Of a stretch of DNA of 64,000 bases, positions 36,568-48,554 are shown piece by piece (the first letter of the stretch is position 1; each line of letters starts with the position of its first letter). The stretch covers positions 124,001 through 188,000 of the forward strand of contig QPMI01000496.1 in assembly GCA_004431415.1 (NCBI GenBank), read 5' to 3'. The position numbers and the translations under genes are program-made. This DNA comes from Cyanophora paradoxa CCMP329. Taxonomy: Eukaryota > Plantae > Glaucophyta. The notes below the pieces were generated by a model. That model searched no databases and was not told the origin of the DNA. It was given only the letters and a program-made list of their open reading frames with translations.

Positions 36568-39500
36568 ATGTCGCCGCTCATGCACGAGGTGCAGCGGGCC
36601 GTCGCCGACAAGAGCGTCCGCTGCTTCGTCTGCACGGCATTCGACGACGGACTGCTCCTCGAGCGCAAGTTTCTGCATCAGGCCATGGCCTCGGTGCGCA
36701 TTGCATACGGCCCCCAGCGCCACCGGGAGCCCGCCGCCAAGTATAGCGGGGCGCCCGAGGCTAGCTAACAGCCGTCGCGGGTTACGGGGCGGACGCCGCT
36801 CGCTCTTTTCGGGCCGTTCTATTGCGCGGCAACCCTATCGAAGCTTCAGAGAGCTGGCCCTGTCAGAGCAGCTCCGCTCCTGTGCTCATATTGGCCGCAT
36901 CGCCGCCCCGCGCAGATCGGGGACATGTGCGCGAATCAAGGCGTGTACTTCGTCCCTGTGGATCTCAGGGACGGTGTGAACCCCGAGGAGTACCGGGACC
37001 ACGAGGTGCGGGGCGTCGAGAAGCCGGGCCGCGCGCCGGCCCCGCCGCCCACGCGCGCCGGGCGCAGAACGTGCTCCGCTCGCTCCGAGAGGTGGACGCC
37101 AGCGGCCCCTACTTCGTATGCCTGCTGGGAGACGAGTACGGTACGAGCAGCCTCTGTTCTGCCTCGGATCTGCTTCTGACCCGCGCCGTGGCCCTTAAGG
37201 CTGGTGCCAGGGCGCGAACGGGAACCGCGACCAGGTGCTCCTGCAGCAGTTTGAGCGCGCAGAGGCGCGGTACCCGTTCCTCCGGGGGTACCGCGACCGC
37301 TCCGTGACCGAGATCGAGGTGCGGCACCCCCGCCCGCGCCCGCTCCCAGGCCACTCTTACCCCCTCTCCGGCAGCTCCTGCACGCGCTCCTCTCTCGCCC
37401 GTCGGCGGACTACAGGGGGCGAGTCTTCGTCTATATCAAGGTCCGTGCCCCCCGCCCCCTTCCTTCGGAGGCAGCGCGCGGCTTCGCGCAGCCCGCCTCG
37501 CTTGCTGCGGCCTCGCGCCCGCGCCGCCTGGCGTGGCTTGGCTTGGTCCCCTCCGGCTGACGGGTGGGCCTCGGGCGCAGGGCCGGCTGCGGGAGTCGGA
37601 GGGGGCGGCGGGGCGCGCCGACCACGCGGCGGCGCGGCTGCGGGAGCTGAAGCGGGCGGCGGGCGAGGCCGGCGCGGTCGTGCGGCCCTTCTACGAGCCC
37701 GGCGAGCTCTACGCTCTTGTGCGCCGAGTCTGCGCGAGAGTCTCCAAGGCCTCTGACGGGGCCGGCAGGTGCGGGCCGACGTGGGGAACGCGCTCTCCGG
37801 CGACCTGCGCGCCGCCGTCGGCGAGCCGCTGCTGAGCCCCGCGCGGGGCCCCCACCTCACGCGCCTCTCCCAGGTGGGCGCGGCGCTGGGCCCACTGCCG
37901 CCTCCCCTCTCACTCGCCCCCTCAGGAGAAGGCGGCGCTCGACTTCCACGTGGCCCAGCGGGCCGCGTACGCGCCCCTCCGCCCCGCCGCCGACGAGCTG
38001 CGGGGGTACGCATCGGGGCCGGCGGGTGCGGAGGGCCGCGCCGCGCTCCTCTCCGGGCCGCACGGCTCCGGGAAGACCGCTCTGCTCTCCAACTGGATCG
38101 CCGACCACCGCGAGGAGAACCCCCGGGTACGCTAATTCGTTTTTTGGGGTGCTCTTCGTCGTTTGAGCGGCTTTTTCTTAGGACTTCGTCTTCGCGAGCT
38201 TCGCGGGGCAGGGGGGGTACGAGAGCACGCTCGCGGCGGCGCTGCACCGCGCGGCCGTGGAGATCGCCGCCGCGCTCGGGTTCCGCGTCCAGGCGAGCGA
38301 TTTGATTCGATTGAATTCGAATTCGATCCGACCGAGTTTGAACTTTGGGCAGGCCCCGAGGGCTCTGGCCCCGGCGGGGCCGGGGGCCCAGGGCGGCGAG
38401 GCGGCCGAATTCCCGCCGCGGCCGATGAGCGCCGGCCCGGGCAGCGGCGGCCACGCGGGGCCCCTCCTCACCGTCCGAGACTGCGGCGAGGTACCCCCCT
38501 CCCCGCACCCCGTACCCCTCCTTCCGGAGAATCGCCTTACTCCCGCCCCCCTCCTCCCTCCTTCAGGTCTTCCTCGCGGCGGTCGTGAAGGCTTCCATCC
38601 GCATGCAGGCGGCGGCGCGGGGGGGTACCGAGTCGGCCCTGCCCCCGCGCCTCGTCGTCGTCTTCGACGCCTTGGACCAGTACGAGGACTCCCCGGCCGC
38701 GCAGGTTCGAATCCGGGCGGGCGCCCTTTCTCTGAGGTTCGGCGGACCTCACCGCGCCTTCCCCCGCCCCGCAGGAGCTGGCGGCGTGGGTTCCGGACAA
38801 GGTACCCCCCGGCCTGCGGCTCGTGATCTCGGCCACGGGCGAGTGGCTCGAGGCCGCCTCGGCGCTGGGGTCCCTGCCCTGCCCGGCCCGCGAGATCGCG
38901 GCGCCGGCGTGCCTGCCCGTCGCGGACCGCGCCGCGCTGCTCCGGAGGCACCTGGCCGCCGCGGGGGCCGACCCGGGCCCCGCCGCTGCCCTCGTGCGCG
39001 CCCTGTACCCCTCCGCCGCAGCCCGCCCCGCGACGGCGGCGCCGGCGGGGCAGCGGCCGGCCGCCCCGCCGCGCCCCGCCTCGGCCTTCGCGGGCCGGTC
39101 CCAGCCGCCCGGGTTCGCCTTCGGGTCGGGGGCTCTGGCCGCCGCCCTCCCTCAGGCGTCGGCGCCCGACCGCTCGCTCCTCGCCACGCCCGTCGGGGCC
39201 AGCAGCGCCGCCCCGCCTCCGCCTCCGCCTCCGGCGCCGCCTCGCACCGAATCGCCCCGCCTCTCTCCGCCCGCCCCGCCGTCCTCGCCCCCGCCCCCGC
39301 CCCGCCCCGCCCCCGGCCTGGCGCCTCCTCCGCCGCCGCCGCCGCCGCGGCCCCCGGGGAGGGGTCGGACGCGGACCGGGGCCTTCCCGGGTACGTGCGG
39401 CTCCTGGCCTGCGTCCCGGGCCTCCTGCGCCCGAAGGAGAGGCCGGAGGAGGCGGCGGGGGCGGCGGCGCGGGAGTGCGCGACGTGGCCCGCCCTCTTCG

Positions 39501-42500
39501 CGTGGCTCGAGGGGCGCTGGGCCGCCCGCCACGGCGCCGCCACCCTCGCCCGCGCCCTCGCCCTCCTGCTCCTCTCCCCCGGCGGCCTCTACGAGTCGGA
39601 GGGGCGGGCCTTCCTCGGCCTCTCCGCCTCGCGCTACTGCGCCCTGCTGGACGACCTCCGCCCCGTCCTCGCGGTCCGGGCCGGGGCCGCCGCCATCGCG
39701 CCGGCCCGCTCCGCGGGCTCGTCGCCTCGCGCCTCCGCGCCGACCCCGCCCTCCTCGACTCGGCCGTCGCCGCCATGCGCTCGGCCGCCGTCGCGCGCGT
39801 CGTCACCCCGGCCGCCGAGCGCGCCGCCGCCCTCCACGGTGCCCCCCCGCCCGCCCCCGCCCCCTCCGCGCCCGACCGGCTCTGACTCGGCGAGTCCGCA
39901 GACCCGCCGGCGCCGGCCTCGGCGCACCTCCTCCCGGAGCGGGTCGCCGCCCTCCACTCCGCCGCCGACCGCGTCGCAAAGGCGCGCCGCGCTTCCTCTC
40001 CCCGAGTCCCGAGTCCTCTCACCCGTGTACCCCCGCAGGCGCACTTCGACGTGCTGGTGGCGATCGGCGGCCGGCGGATGGTCCTCGCCCGCGAGCGCTC
40101 CGAGCGCATTGCCGAGATCAGGCGGTCCGCGGATTCGACCCCGAGTTCGACCCGCCCTCGAAATTTGATCCGGGCCGCGGCGGCAGGCTCGGGGCGCACA
40201 GCGATCCCACGGAGCTTTACGTGCGGGTCCTGGGAGCCGTTGAGCAGCTCACGGCCGCCACGGCCGCGTACGTGGGGGTACTGGAGCGCGACCCGGCGCT
40301 GGCCGGGGCGGGGCGCACCCTCCGGCGCCGCGTCGTCAAAGTTGAGGGGGCCGAAGGCGAGGGGGCGGCGGAGGCGGCGCCCGAGGAGGGCGGGGAGGAG
40401 GGGGAAGGGGAGGAGGGAGGCTCACCCGAGGACGAAGGTTCGCGCGCGGGTCGGCCGGGCCCCGCCGCTCCGCTCAGACCTGAACCAGGCGCAGGCGACC
40501 GCGAAGGGGGGGAAGAAGAGGGGAGGGAGGGCGTCGCGGGGGAGGGCGAGGAGGCCGCCTTCGACGGCGAGGCGGGCGCTGGGCCGGCCGCGGGGGGCTC
40601 GCAGGCCGGAGGGTACGAGGAGAGCGTCTACTCGATCGTCTCGGAGGACCACGCGGCGGGGTGGAAGGCGCGTCGGGCGGGCTCGAACCCGCCGCTCTCG
40701 ACTGATCCGACTGTGCGCCGGCAGTTCCACGCCGGCGCCCTGCGAGTGGCGGCGGCCACGGGCGGCATGTCGTACCTCGTGGGCCACGCGCTGCCGTACC
40801 CCGGGCCGGTCCCGACGGGACCCGGGGCGGAGGGCGTACCCCGGCTCAGGGCCTTCGAGGCGCTCCGGACGGGCCGCCCCGTCGCGGTGCCCGACGTGCT
40901 CTCGGACCCGGGTACGGTGTTCTTCCGGCAGCGGGCGGCCGGCGCGCTGGCGGCGGCGGCGGGGGCGGGCCCGGACGGGTACGCGCACGCCGTGGTCGTG
41001 GCGGACACGGTGCCCGGGGGCCCGCCCTTCGGCAAGGACGAGGTCGCCTTCCTGGCGGCGCTGGCGGCGGCCCTGGGCGAGGCCGAGGGGGAGCGGAGGC
41101 GCGCCGAGGCCGCCGCGGCCGCCCGCGCCGAGTCCGAGCGGCTCGTCAAGACCCGCCGCGAGGCCGCGCGCAAGGCCCGCGAGGCACGCCGGCGCCAGCG
41201 CGATCCAGCGCGCTCGATCCGGGAGGGTGACGCCCGCGCAGGAGGAGGAGGCGCGGCGGGCGGCCGACGAGGGCCGCCTGCGCTCCCTCGTCGACGCGCG
41301 CGCCGCCGCCTTCCGCTCCCGCGCCGGTCCGCCCTTTCTTCTCGAGCCTCCCGCGCCCCCTCGCGAAGACTTTTGTTTCCTTTCGGCGCAGCGCTCTCGG
41401 CGCAGGGGCGCCTCGACGCCCTCCGGCTGGTGCGGGAGGGGTACGGGGTGCCGGAAAGGGTCGCCGATCTGAACGGTGCCCTTCGTTTCGCCGCAGGAGC
41501 TCTCCGGGATCGACGCGCCGGCGGCCCTTGCCCAGCTCGCGGCCCCCGACACGGTGCGCCGCGCGTTGGGGGCTCTGCTTTGCCTTCTTTGCTCACCCTT
41601 CCTGCCGCAGGCCCCCTACGGAGCCGCGCAGGCCCTGCGAGCGGTCCTCGCCATCCTCAACCCGCAGGTTCGAACCCCCGCGGCGCCACTTCCTTCCTCC
41701 CTCTCGCCCCCCGCCGCCCTCAAGCCCGCCCGCCCGCCCGCCCGCCCGCCCGCCCGCCCGCCCGCCGCCCGCGCAGGACGTACCCGAGGACGGGGAGGGG
41801 GAGGAGGCCGACTGGAACTCCCTCCGATCCCCCGAGGTGACGACATGCCGTACCCCCCCGTCCGCCGGACCGGCGACGCGCCGAGAGCGCGCCGCGCCAC
41901 AGACGCTCAACGCCGACCTCGTGAGGCGGGCGGCCCGGTGGAACTGGACCGCCGACAAGGGCCCCGGGCCCGCCGCCCTCGCCGCCGCCCGCCGCGCCCT
42001 CCGCGGTGCCTTCCTTCCGGTACCCCGCGGAAGGCGGGGGTGCCCCCTGACGCCCCGGGGTGCAGGCGTCTCCGCGGAGGCGGCGATCGAGCGGGCGGCC
42101 CGCCAGCCCCTCTCCGCGCTCCTCCTCGAGTGGTACCCCCCGCTCCTCCCCCCCCATCCGCTTTCTTCACCCCTACCCCTCCCCAGGGCCCAGGCGGCTC
42201 TCGAGCACGGGTCGGAGCGGCTCCGCCGCTCTGACCTGATCTCGGCCATCCACGCCCGCGCCGGTGCGCGGGGCGGGCGCGGCTCGGACGAGCGCTCAGC
42301 TGACCAGGAGCTGCCGCTCAGGCGTGGCGGCGGGGGAGCGGCTGGAGGACCTGAGGGGGCTCCTCCTGGGGATGGACGCGCGCGCCGTCCTCGCCGCCCT
42401 CCGCTCCGAGCACGACCCGCCCTACGGCGCCCCGGAGGCCCGCCCGCCCGCCCGCGCCCCCAGCCCGAGCCCCAGCTCGGTCTCGCGCCTCTCCGCGCTC

Positions 42501-43180
42501 ACGCTCGCCGCGGCGCAGGCGCTGCGCGCGTGCTTCGCGCTGCACGACCTCAACGGCGAGTACGACCCCGCGGACCTCGCCGACTGGCGTACCCTCTCCA
42601 AGCCCGAGGCCCGCTCCCCACCGCCACCGCCCCCTCCTCCATCCGAATCTGGGCCCCGGTTCGAATCCGGTCCGGCAGGTTACGAACGAGGCGATCTTCG
42701 AGCGCGTGCGGAGCTTCGAGAACCCGCCCGCGCGCCTCCCGCACAGCGAGCTCCGCGACTTTGCACGGGCGGCCCTGCACGGTACCCCCCTCGTCCTCTC
42801 CCCTCTCCCTCTTCCTTTCGGATCTAATCCCCGTGCGGGGGCGCGCGCGGCGCAGAGGCGGAGGCGGAAGGGGCGGTGGAGCAGACGCCGGGGCACCCCG
42901 TGGTCGCCCTCCTGCTGGAGTGGGCCTCCACAGTCCTCCACCTCCTCGAGGCGCCCCCGCCGGGCGCCGTCACCCCCCGCAGGACCAGGTGCCCCCGCCC
43001 CCGTCCCCGCCCGCCCTGCCGCGCGCGCCCCTCTCGCGCACACCCGGCCCCTCCTGATGGCAGCCCCTGCCCTGGCACCCCGCGGCTGTCACGTCTTTCC
43101 GCAGCAACTCGCAGGCGGGCCACGCGCCGCCCACCAGCCCTCGCCCGCCTGCGTAGGCAGCTGCAGCTGCAGCCGCTTAT
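36568..43180 (+). CDS. DUF4062 + NACHT-like (STAND) NTPase with downstream GAF-like and helical domains (TEP1/NPHP3-type N-terminus)
   Basis: VRCFVCTAFDD..ERKFL, FVPVDLRDGV, LREVD..PYFVCLLGDEYG, DRSVTEIE (DUF4062); Walker A GPHGSGKT 38055-38078; Walker B LVVVFDALDQ; GAF-like AVVVADTVPGGPPFGKDEVAFL. End approximate. Confidence 0.8.
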
Positions 43181-43521
43181 AATGTGTACATGTTACCGAT
43201 GCTCCGGGATCCGAGCGCATTTCATGATCCGATATCCGATGATCGATCATCGGATGATCGTGATCACTGATTCCGATGCTCCGGAATCATGAATTATTAA
43301 ATCCGATGATCAGGAATCATGACCTCTAGATCTAGAGCACACTTAGTCATGACCATAGTATCATGATGCTCTGCGTGCCGCCCGGCGGCCCGCATATATA
43401 TGCATGCAGCTCGCGATCGATATCGGGCCGGACTTCGGGATGCGCATATCGTAGCTATAGTATGCATGCATGCCGGCGCCGGTCCCTGTGCATACTACGG
43501 TACCCCTGATTCGTCTGCAAA

Positions 43522-45135
43522 ATGGTGCAGAAGGTTTCGTTCGACGTGAGCATCGGCGGTGCGGACGCGGGGAAGATCGTCATCGAGGTGCGCATGCGCT
43601 CTGCCACGGTCAGGACCCGCGCGCTGGTTTTCGTAACTGACTTCTTCTCCCCCACAGCTCCGGGACGATGTCGGTGTGCTCTTTAGAAACGCTTATTGAG
43701 CTCTACATCGCTCACTCTCCTCCCGCCCAGCACCGAAGACCGTCCAAAACTTCGTTTCCCTGTGCGTTCTGCAGTCCGACCGCCCCGACCCCGTTGGTTT
43801 GGAATAGCAGGCGCTTTTCCCTATCTTTAGCGCGGCATAGGCTCTTCTAGCGCAGGTGCTGGTCAAATTTGATTTCAGTCGGACTAGCCGCCGCCCCGAA
43901 CATGAGCCCACGCGATGCGAGCCGCTGTTCTGAACTGCACTGCAGTTGCACCGGAGACCACGGCTTCGGCTACGAGGGCAGGTGCCTTTGCCGGCCGCGG
44001 CGTGCTGTGAACTACTTAGCTTGCGGGCTGACAGCTGGGCGCCGCAGCATCTTCCACCGCGTTATCGACGGCTTCAGTGCGCAGTGCTGTTTACAGCGCA
44101 CCCTTCTGCACCGCTCACGCTCGACAGTGATCCAGGGCGGTGACTTCACCAACTTCAACGGCACCGTGCGCCTCCCCGGCCTCTGCGGCCACTCTCCTGC
44201 GCCTTTCGGATGCCGTCGCCTCACGCGCTGCGCGCTCCGCAGGGCGGCAAGTCTATCTTCGGTGAAAAATTCGAGGACGAGTCGTTCGCGCTGCGGCACA
44301 CGAGCGCGGGTACCCTTTCGATGGCCAACGCCGGCCCCGACACGAACGGGAGCCAGTTCTTCGTGCGCCGCCCCCGCTTCTTCCTCGTCCGCACTGAAGC
44401 CGTCGATTCGCCGGCCGGCAGATCACTCTCGCCCCGACCCCCTGGCTCGACGGCAAGGCACGCCTGCCCGTTCCCCTCCCCGCCGCCTCAGGGCCCTAAT
44501 TCTCCACCGCCCGTCGCACCCCGCAGCACGTTGTCTTCGGCAAGGTCGTCGAGGCGAGTGTACCCAGCCGGCGGCGGCTTCCCTCCACCCCGCCCTAACC
44601 GGGCCTCCCGGCCCACAGGGCCTGGACCTCGTCGAGCGGATCGGCAAGCTCGAGACGAGCCGCGGCGACCGCCCGCTGCAGGAGGCGTGCCGCTCGCCCC
44701 CTGGGACGGGCCGGCGCTGCTCACGCCCCGTCGGCCGCGCGCGCAGGTCAAGATCGAGCACTGCTCGAAGCTCTCGCTGCTGGACGACGAGACCGCGACC
44801 GTCGACCAGGCCGAGCTCGTGCGAGGCCGCCCGCCCGCCCTCTCGCCCCCCGAGGCCGCCGCCCGCCCACGCGCCGCGCCGCGCCGCGCCGCCCCGCAGG
44901 ACGCCCTCGTGGCGTACACGTCCGGCGAGGAGCATGGCCTGAGCGGCGCCGAGGGCTCCCCTGCTGCCGACGGCGAGGCCGCCGCCGCCGCCGACTGGGA
45001 CGCCCACGAGGCGAGCCCCGCGCCACCCCGCCCCGCGCGCTCGCTCGGCCGCTGACACGGCCCCGCGCCCCGCCGCAGGCCCTCGCCGCCGAGGCGGCGC
45101 AGGCGGCCGACGACGAGCTCCTTCTCGACATGTAG
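43522..45135 (+). CDS. Cyclophilin-type peptidyl-prolyl isomerase with acidic C-terminal extension
   Basis: [75 protein letters not shown]; 12 introns; stop TAG 45133-45135. Confidence 0.97.
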
Positions 45136-45603
45136 ACGCCCAGGCCCGGCCCGCTAGGCCAGCCCGCCCGCCCCGAGCAGTCGCTAGATCTACCCCAGTG
45201 AGTGGAGGGCGCCTCGATGGCGGGCTGGCGCCGTGCCGGCGACTGGACATAACACTGGTAGTAGTACTGTGCTTCTTGCTGCTGCGTGCGACGTGCACGA
45301 TGCTTATATATGGCGCTGAAAAGAATGAAGTGCTCATGAAGATCTGGAATTCACATGCCGCCAGTGCGATTGGATAATGCATATGCGGGAAGGAATGTTC
45401 ATATGCATGAAGCCCGCAGTGCGCTTCGTGCATGCCAGTGTGTTAACCGACCCCTAGAAGGTCCAAGGCCCATTAGACAAACCGCCGCCCCGAAGTTTTT
45501 GAGAGATCCGGATCTGTACACTTAAATTGCCCAAATAACATCTGCTGCTGATTCGAGGGCTGCGAGCCAGCGGCGACAAGACTAGGCTAGGATGCGCGCG
45601 CGC

Positions 45604-48554
45604 CTACGCGGCGACAACCTCGGCGGCGGCCTGCGCCTCGACGGCGACGACGGCCTCCTCCGCGGAGGACGCGTCGAGCTCGTCGGCCGAGAACTCGCCC
45701 TCCGAGCCGAACGCCTCGTCGATCTCCTGAGTCTCGGCCTCCAGGCGCGCGTTGGCGGAGACAACGCCCGGCTTGGTCGACTTGCCGCAGTTAACGTACT
45801 CGCTGAGGTCGATCGCGCCGTCGCCATCACCGCTGGCGTAGATCGCCTTGCCGTCGACGGTCTGCTCGATGGTGCCTGCGGGGGAGGGGGTCAGACCCGG
45901 CTACAAAGGTCTTCCCACCGCGCGCGCTCACCGTCGTACAGGCCGACGATCTGGAGCGCGCTCGCCGCGTCGAAGCCGAGGCTCTCAACCATGGCCGGGG
46001 TGATCTCGCCCGAGCCGCTCTCGTCGAGCCAGCCGAGGACCTGGCCCTGGTGGTTGGGCGACGCGTTGCCCTTGTAGTTGTAAGTGTCGTCGAGCGACTT
46101 CTGGAACATGAACTTGAGGGCAGCCCTGGCAAAGGGTGTGAGGGGCGGGCGCGGGCGCGGTCGACCGGGCACGGGGGGCGCACTTGAAGTCGCCGTCCGC
46201 GATGTACTGCTTGTAGGTCGGGTCGTTCATGTACAGCACGCACTTGGTCCTGGTCGGCGCGGTCGAGGCGTCCTCAGTCTCCTCCTCCTCCTCGACGTTG
46301 GTCTCGTCGTCGAAGCCCTTGCCGTCGCAAGCGCCGGTGGCGGACGGGCAGTGGTTGTCGTTGTCGAACAGATGGCACGAGCTGTCGTAGCAGTGCTCCT
46401 TGCCGATCGCGACCTTGCCAGCGAGCTCCGCCTCCTTCTCCGGGCAGCCGAGGTCGACGTCGATCTTCATGATCGGGCACTTGTTCAGGGTGGTCTTGAA
46501 GCAGGCGTCGCTGCAGCGCGGGTCAGCACTCGGCCCGGGACCAAGCCGCGGTGCGGGCGCAGCTCACCCCTCGACGATCGCGTGCTCGACGTATTTGATG
46601 GGCTTGAAATCCTTGGACTCGCCAGCCTTCTCGTTGCCGTTCATCTTCCAGCTGCTAGTGACAAGCTTCCAGTCACTGGCCTCATGCCAGTCGCCGTCGC
46701 TGTCGAAGGTCTTCTCGCCGTAGTCCTTGGTGCTCGTCTCGGTCCAGGTCGTCCCCTTCTCAGCAGCCTCGCCGACCTGCTTGATGTACGCTGCCCGGGG
46801 CGTGTTTGCCGACGACTACACGATACGGCAAGAGGACCGACGCACTGTTGATCTTGCCGGTCTCCTGGCCCTTCTGGAAGAAGTAGGCCTTCCGGGTGGC
46901 GGTGGCGGCCTTGGTGTACTCGTCCTCCTTGGAGTAGGTGGCGGTCCTGAGGATCGAAGGTAAGAGCCGACGTAGGGCGAGGAGAGAGCGGCGGACTCAC
47001 TCGGTGTAGGTCTTGGTGCCCTTGAACCACTCGGTCTCCTCCCAGTCAGTCGTGACCTTCTCGGTCCACGTGAGCGTGTAGTCTTGCTCGGCGATCACGT
47101 TGACGGCGCAGTGGTCGTCGTGGGTGATGTTGACGACCTTGGCCGGCTTGTCGAACTTGCAGTCGGGGTCGAGCAGGTCGTCGAGGGTGTACTTGCCCTC
47201 GATGGCCTTGAGGAAGCCAGCAGCGAACGAGTCCTCCTCTGCGTTTTCCATCTCTTCCTTGCACTGCAGAGCGGGCGGGGTCAGCACAGACTCAATAAAG
47301 ACGGAGAGACGGGAAACAACGCGCACCATGGTCTTGAGCTGAGTATTGATCTGCTTGTCGTAGTGGATGCCGATCTTGTTGGCGGGGGCCTTGATCTGGA
47401 CATCGGACCAGGTCATCTTGCTCTCCACGATCGTGGTGTCCTCGCAGGTGGCGTCCGACTGCTTAGTGTCCGTCGTCTTCTCATAGGTGGACGGGTTCAC
47501 GGTGGGCTTCGAGCGGCCGGAGTACGTCCAGTCCTCCTCGTCGATGGTAGGCGCGTCGGGGAACACCGGCTTGATGTCCGACGGGTTGACAGTGGTCTCG
47601 GTCACGTCGATGACCGTGCGGTCGTCCAGGTACATCTTGTCGGCGATGACCTGCTGCTGCGTGATAAGCTTGCCTGCGGTTCGTGGACTGTCAGGTTCGC
47701 CGTGTGGACTGTTCGTTCGGGCGAGCGAGGCCAGGCACCCGTCTGGGTGTAGTCGGTGTACTTGTCCTCAGACCAGGTGTTGACGCGCTTCTCATAGTAA
47801 TCGCGGTCGTGGTCGCGCTTGGCCACGGCAGAGTACAGCGCATCACCCTTGTACGTGGCCTCGCCCTCCTCGACGACCTCACCGAGGATGGTGAACGGCT
47901 TCACGTACTCCACCGTCTTCACAAGCGTGCCGCGGTCACCGCCCTCCTCGCACTTGTCGTCAGTGCTGGAGAGGTCGCCATTCGTCGTGCGGGTGAAGGT
48001 CTGCCGCGAAACGAGATCAGCCAGGCAGATGAAGTAAACAAACGCGCGGGGCGGCTAGGTCGAACCAGGTCGAGGTCCTCCTCGAACGTGGCGAGCTCAT
48101 CTGGGGAAGCGCGAAGGGGAAGTCAGAGATTGAGGGCCGCGCACACCGTCATAAACCGCGCACTGCTCTTGGTCGTGTCGGGGTGGGAAACGCCCTGAAG
48201 ACCCGAAGTGTCGTCCTCGGACAGCTTGTTGAAGATAGACGTGTTCTCCTGCAGCTGGCGGTGAGAAGGGCGAGTACCGAGAGAGAAACCGCGCTAACCT
48301 GGATATCCTCGTCCGGCGTGGACGACGAGGTGGTGGTCTTCAGATCCGCATAGTTGTCGCTGACACCGTCCTGAGAGCGGGAGACGGTCAAGGGAAATGA
48401 ACGCGAGGTGAGTAGGCGGGCGTACCAGGTCAGAGTCGTAGTGCGTGGCGTCCTCGTCGAGCAGCACGTTCGGGTTATCCTCCGGCTTCGCGGTCTTATC
48501 GTAATTCTCATCGCCAGGCTTCGGGTACTCGGGATTCCACTCGATTTCCGACAT
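45604..48554 (-). CDS. Orphan acidic Thr/Asp/Glu/Lys-rich protein (about 750-800 aa) with Cys cluster and C-terminal EF-hand-like pair
   Basis: Clean GT-AG exons with strong C/G third-position bias; MSEIEWNPEYPKPGD... start after a 5'UTR intron; loops LDESGSGEIT and GDGDGAIDLSEY; stop at 45604. Confidence 0.8.
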
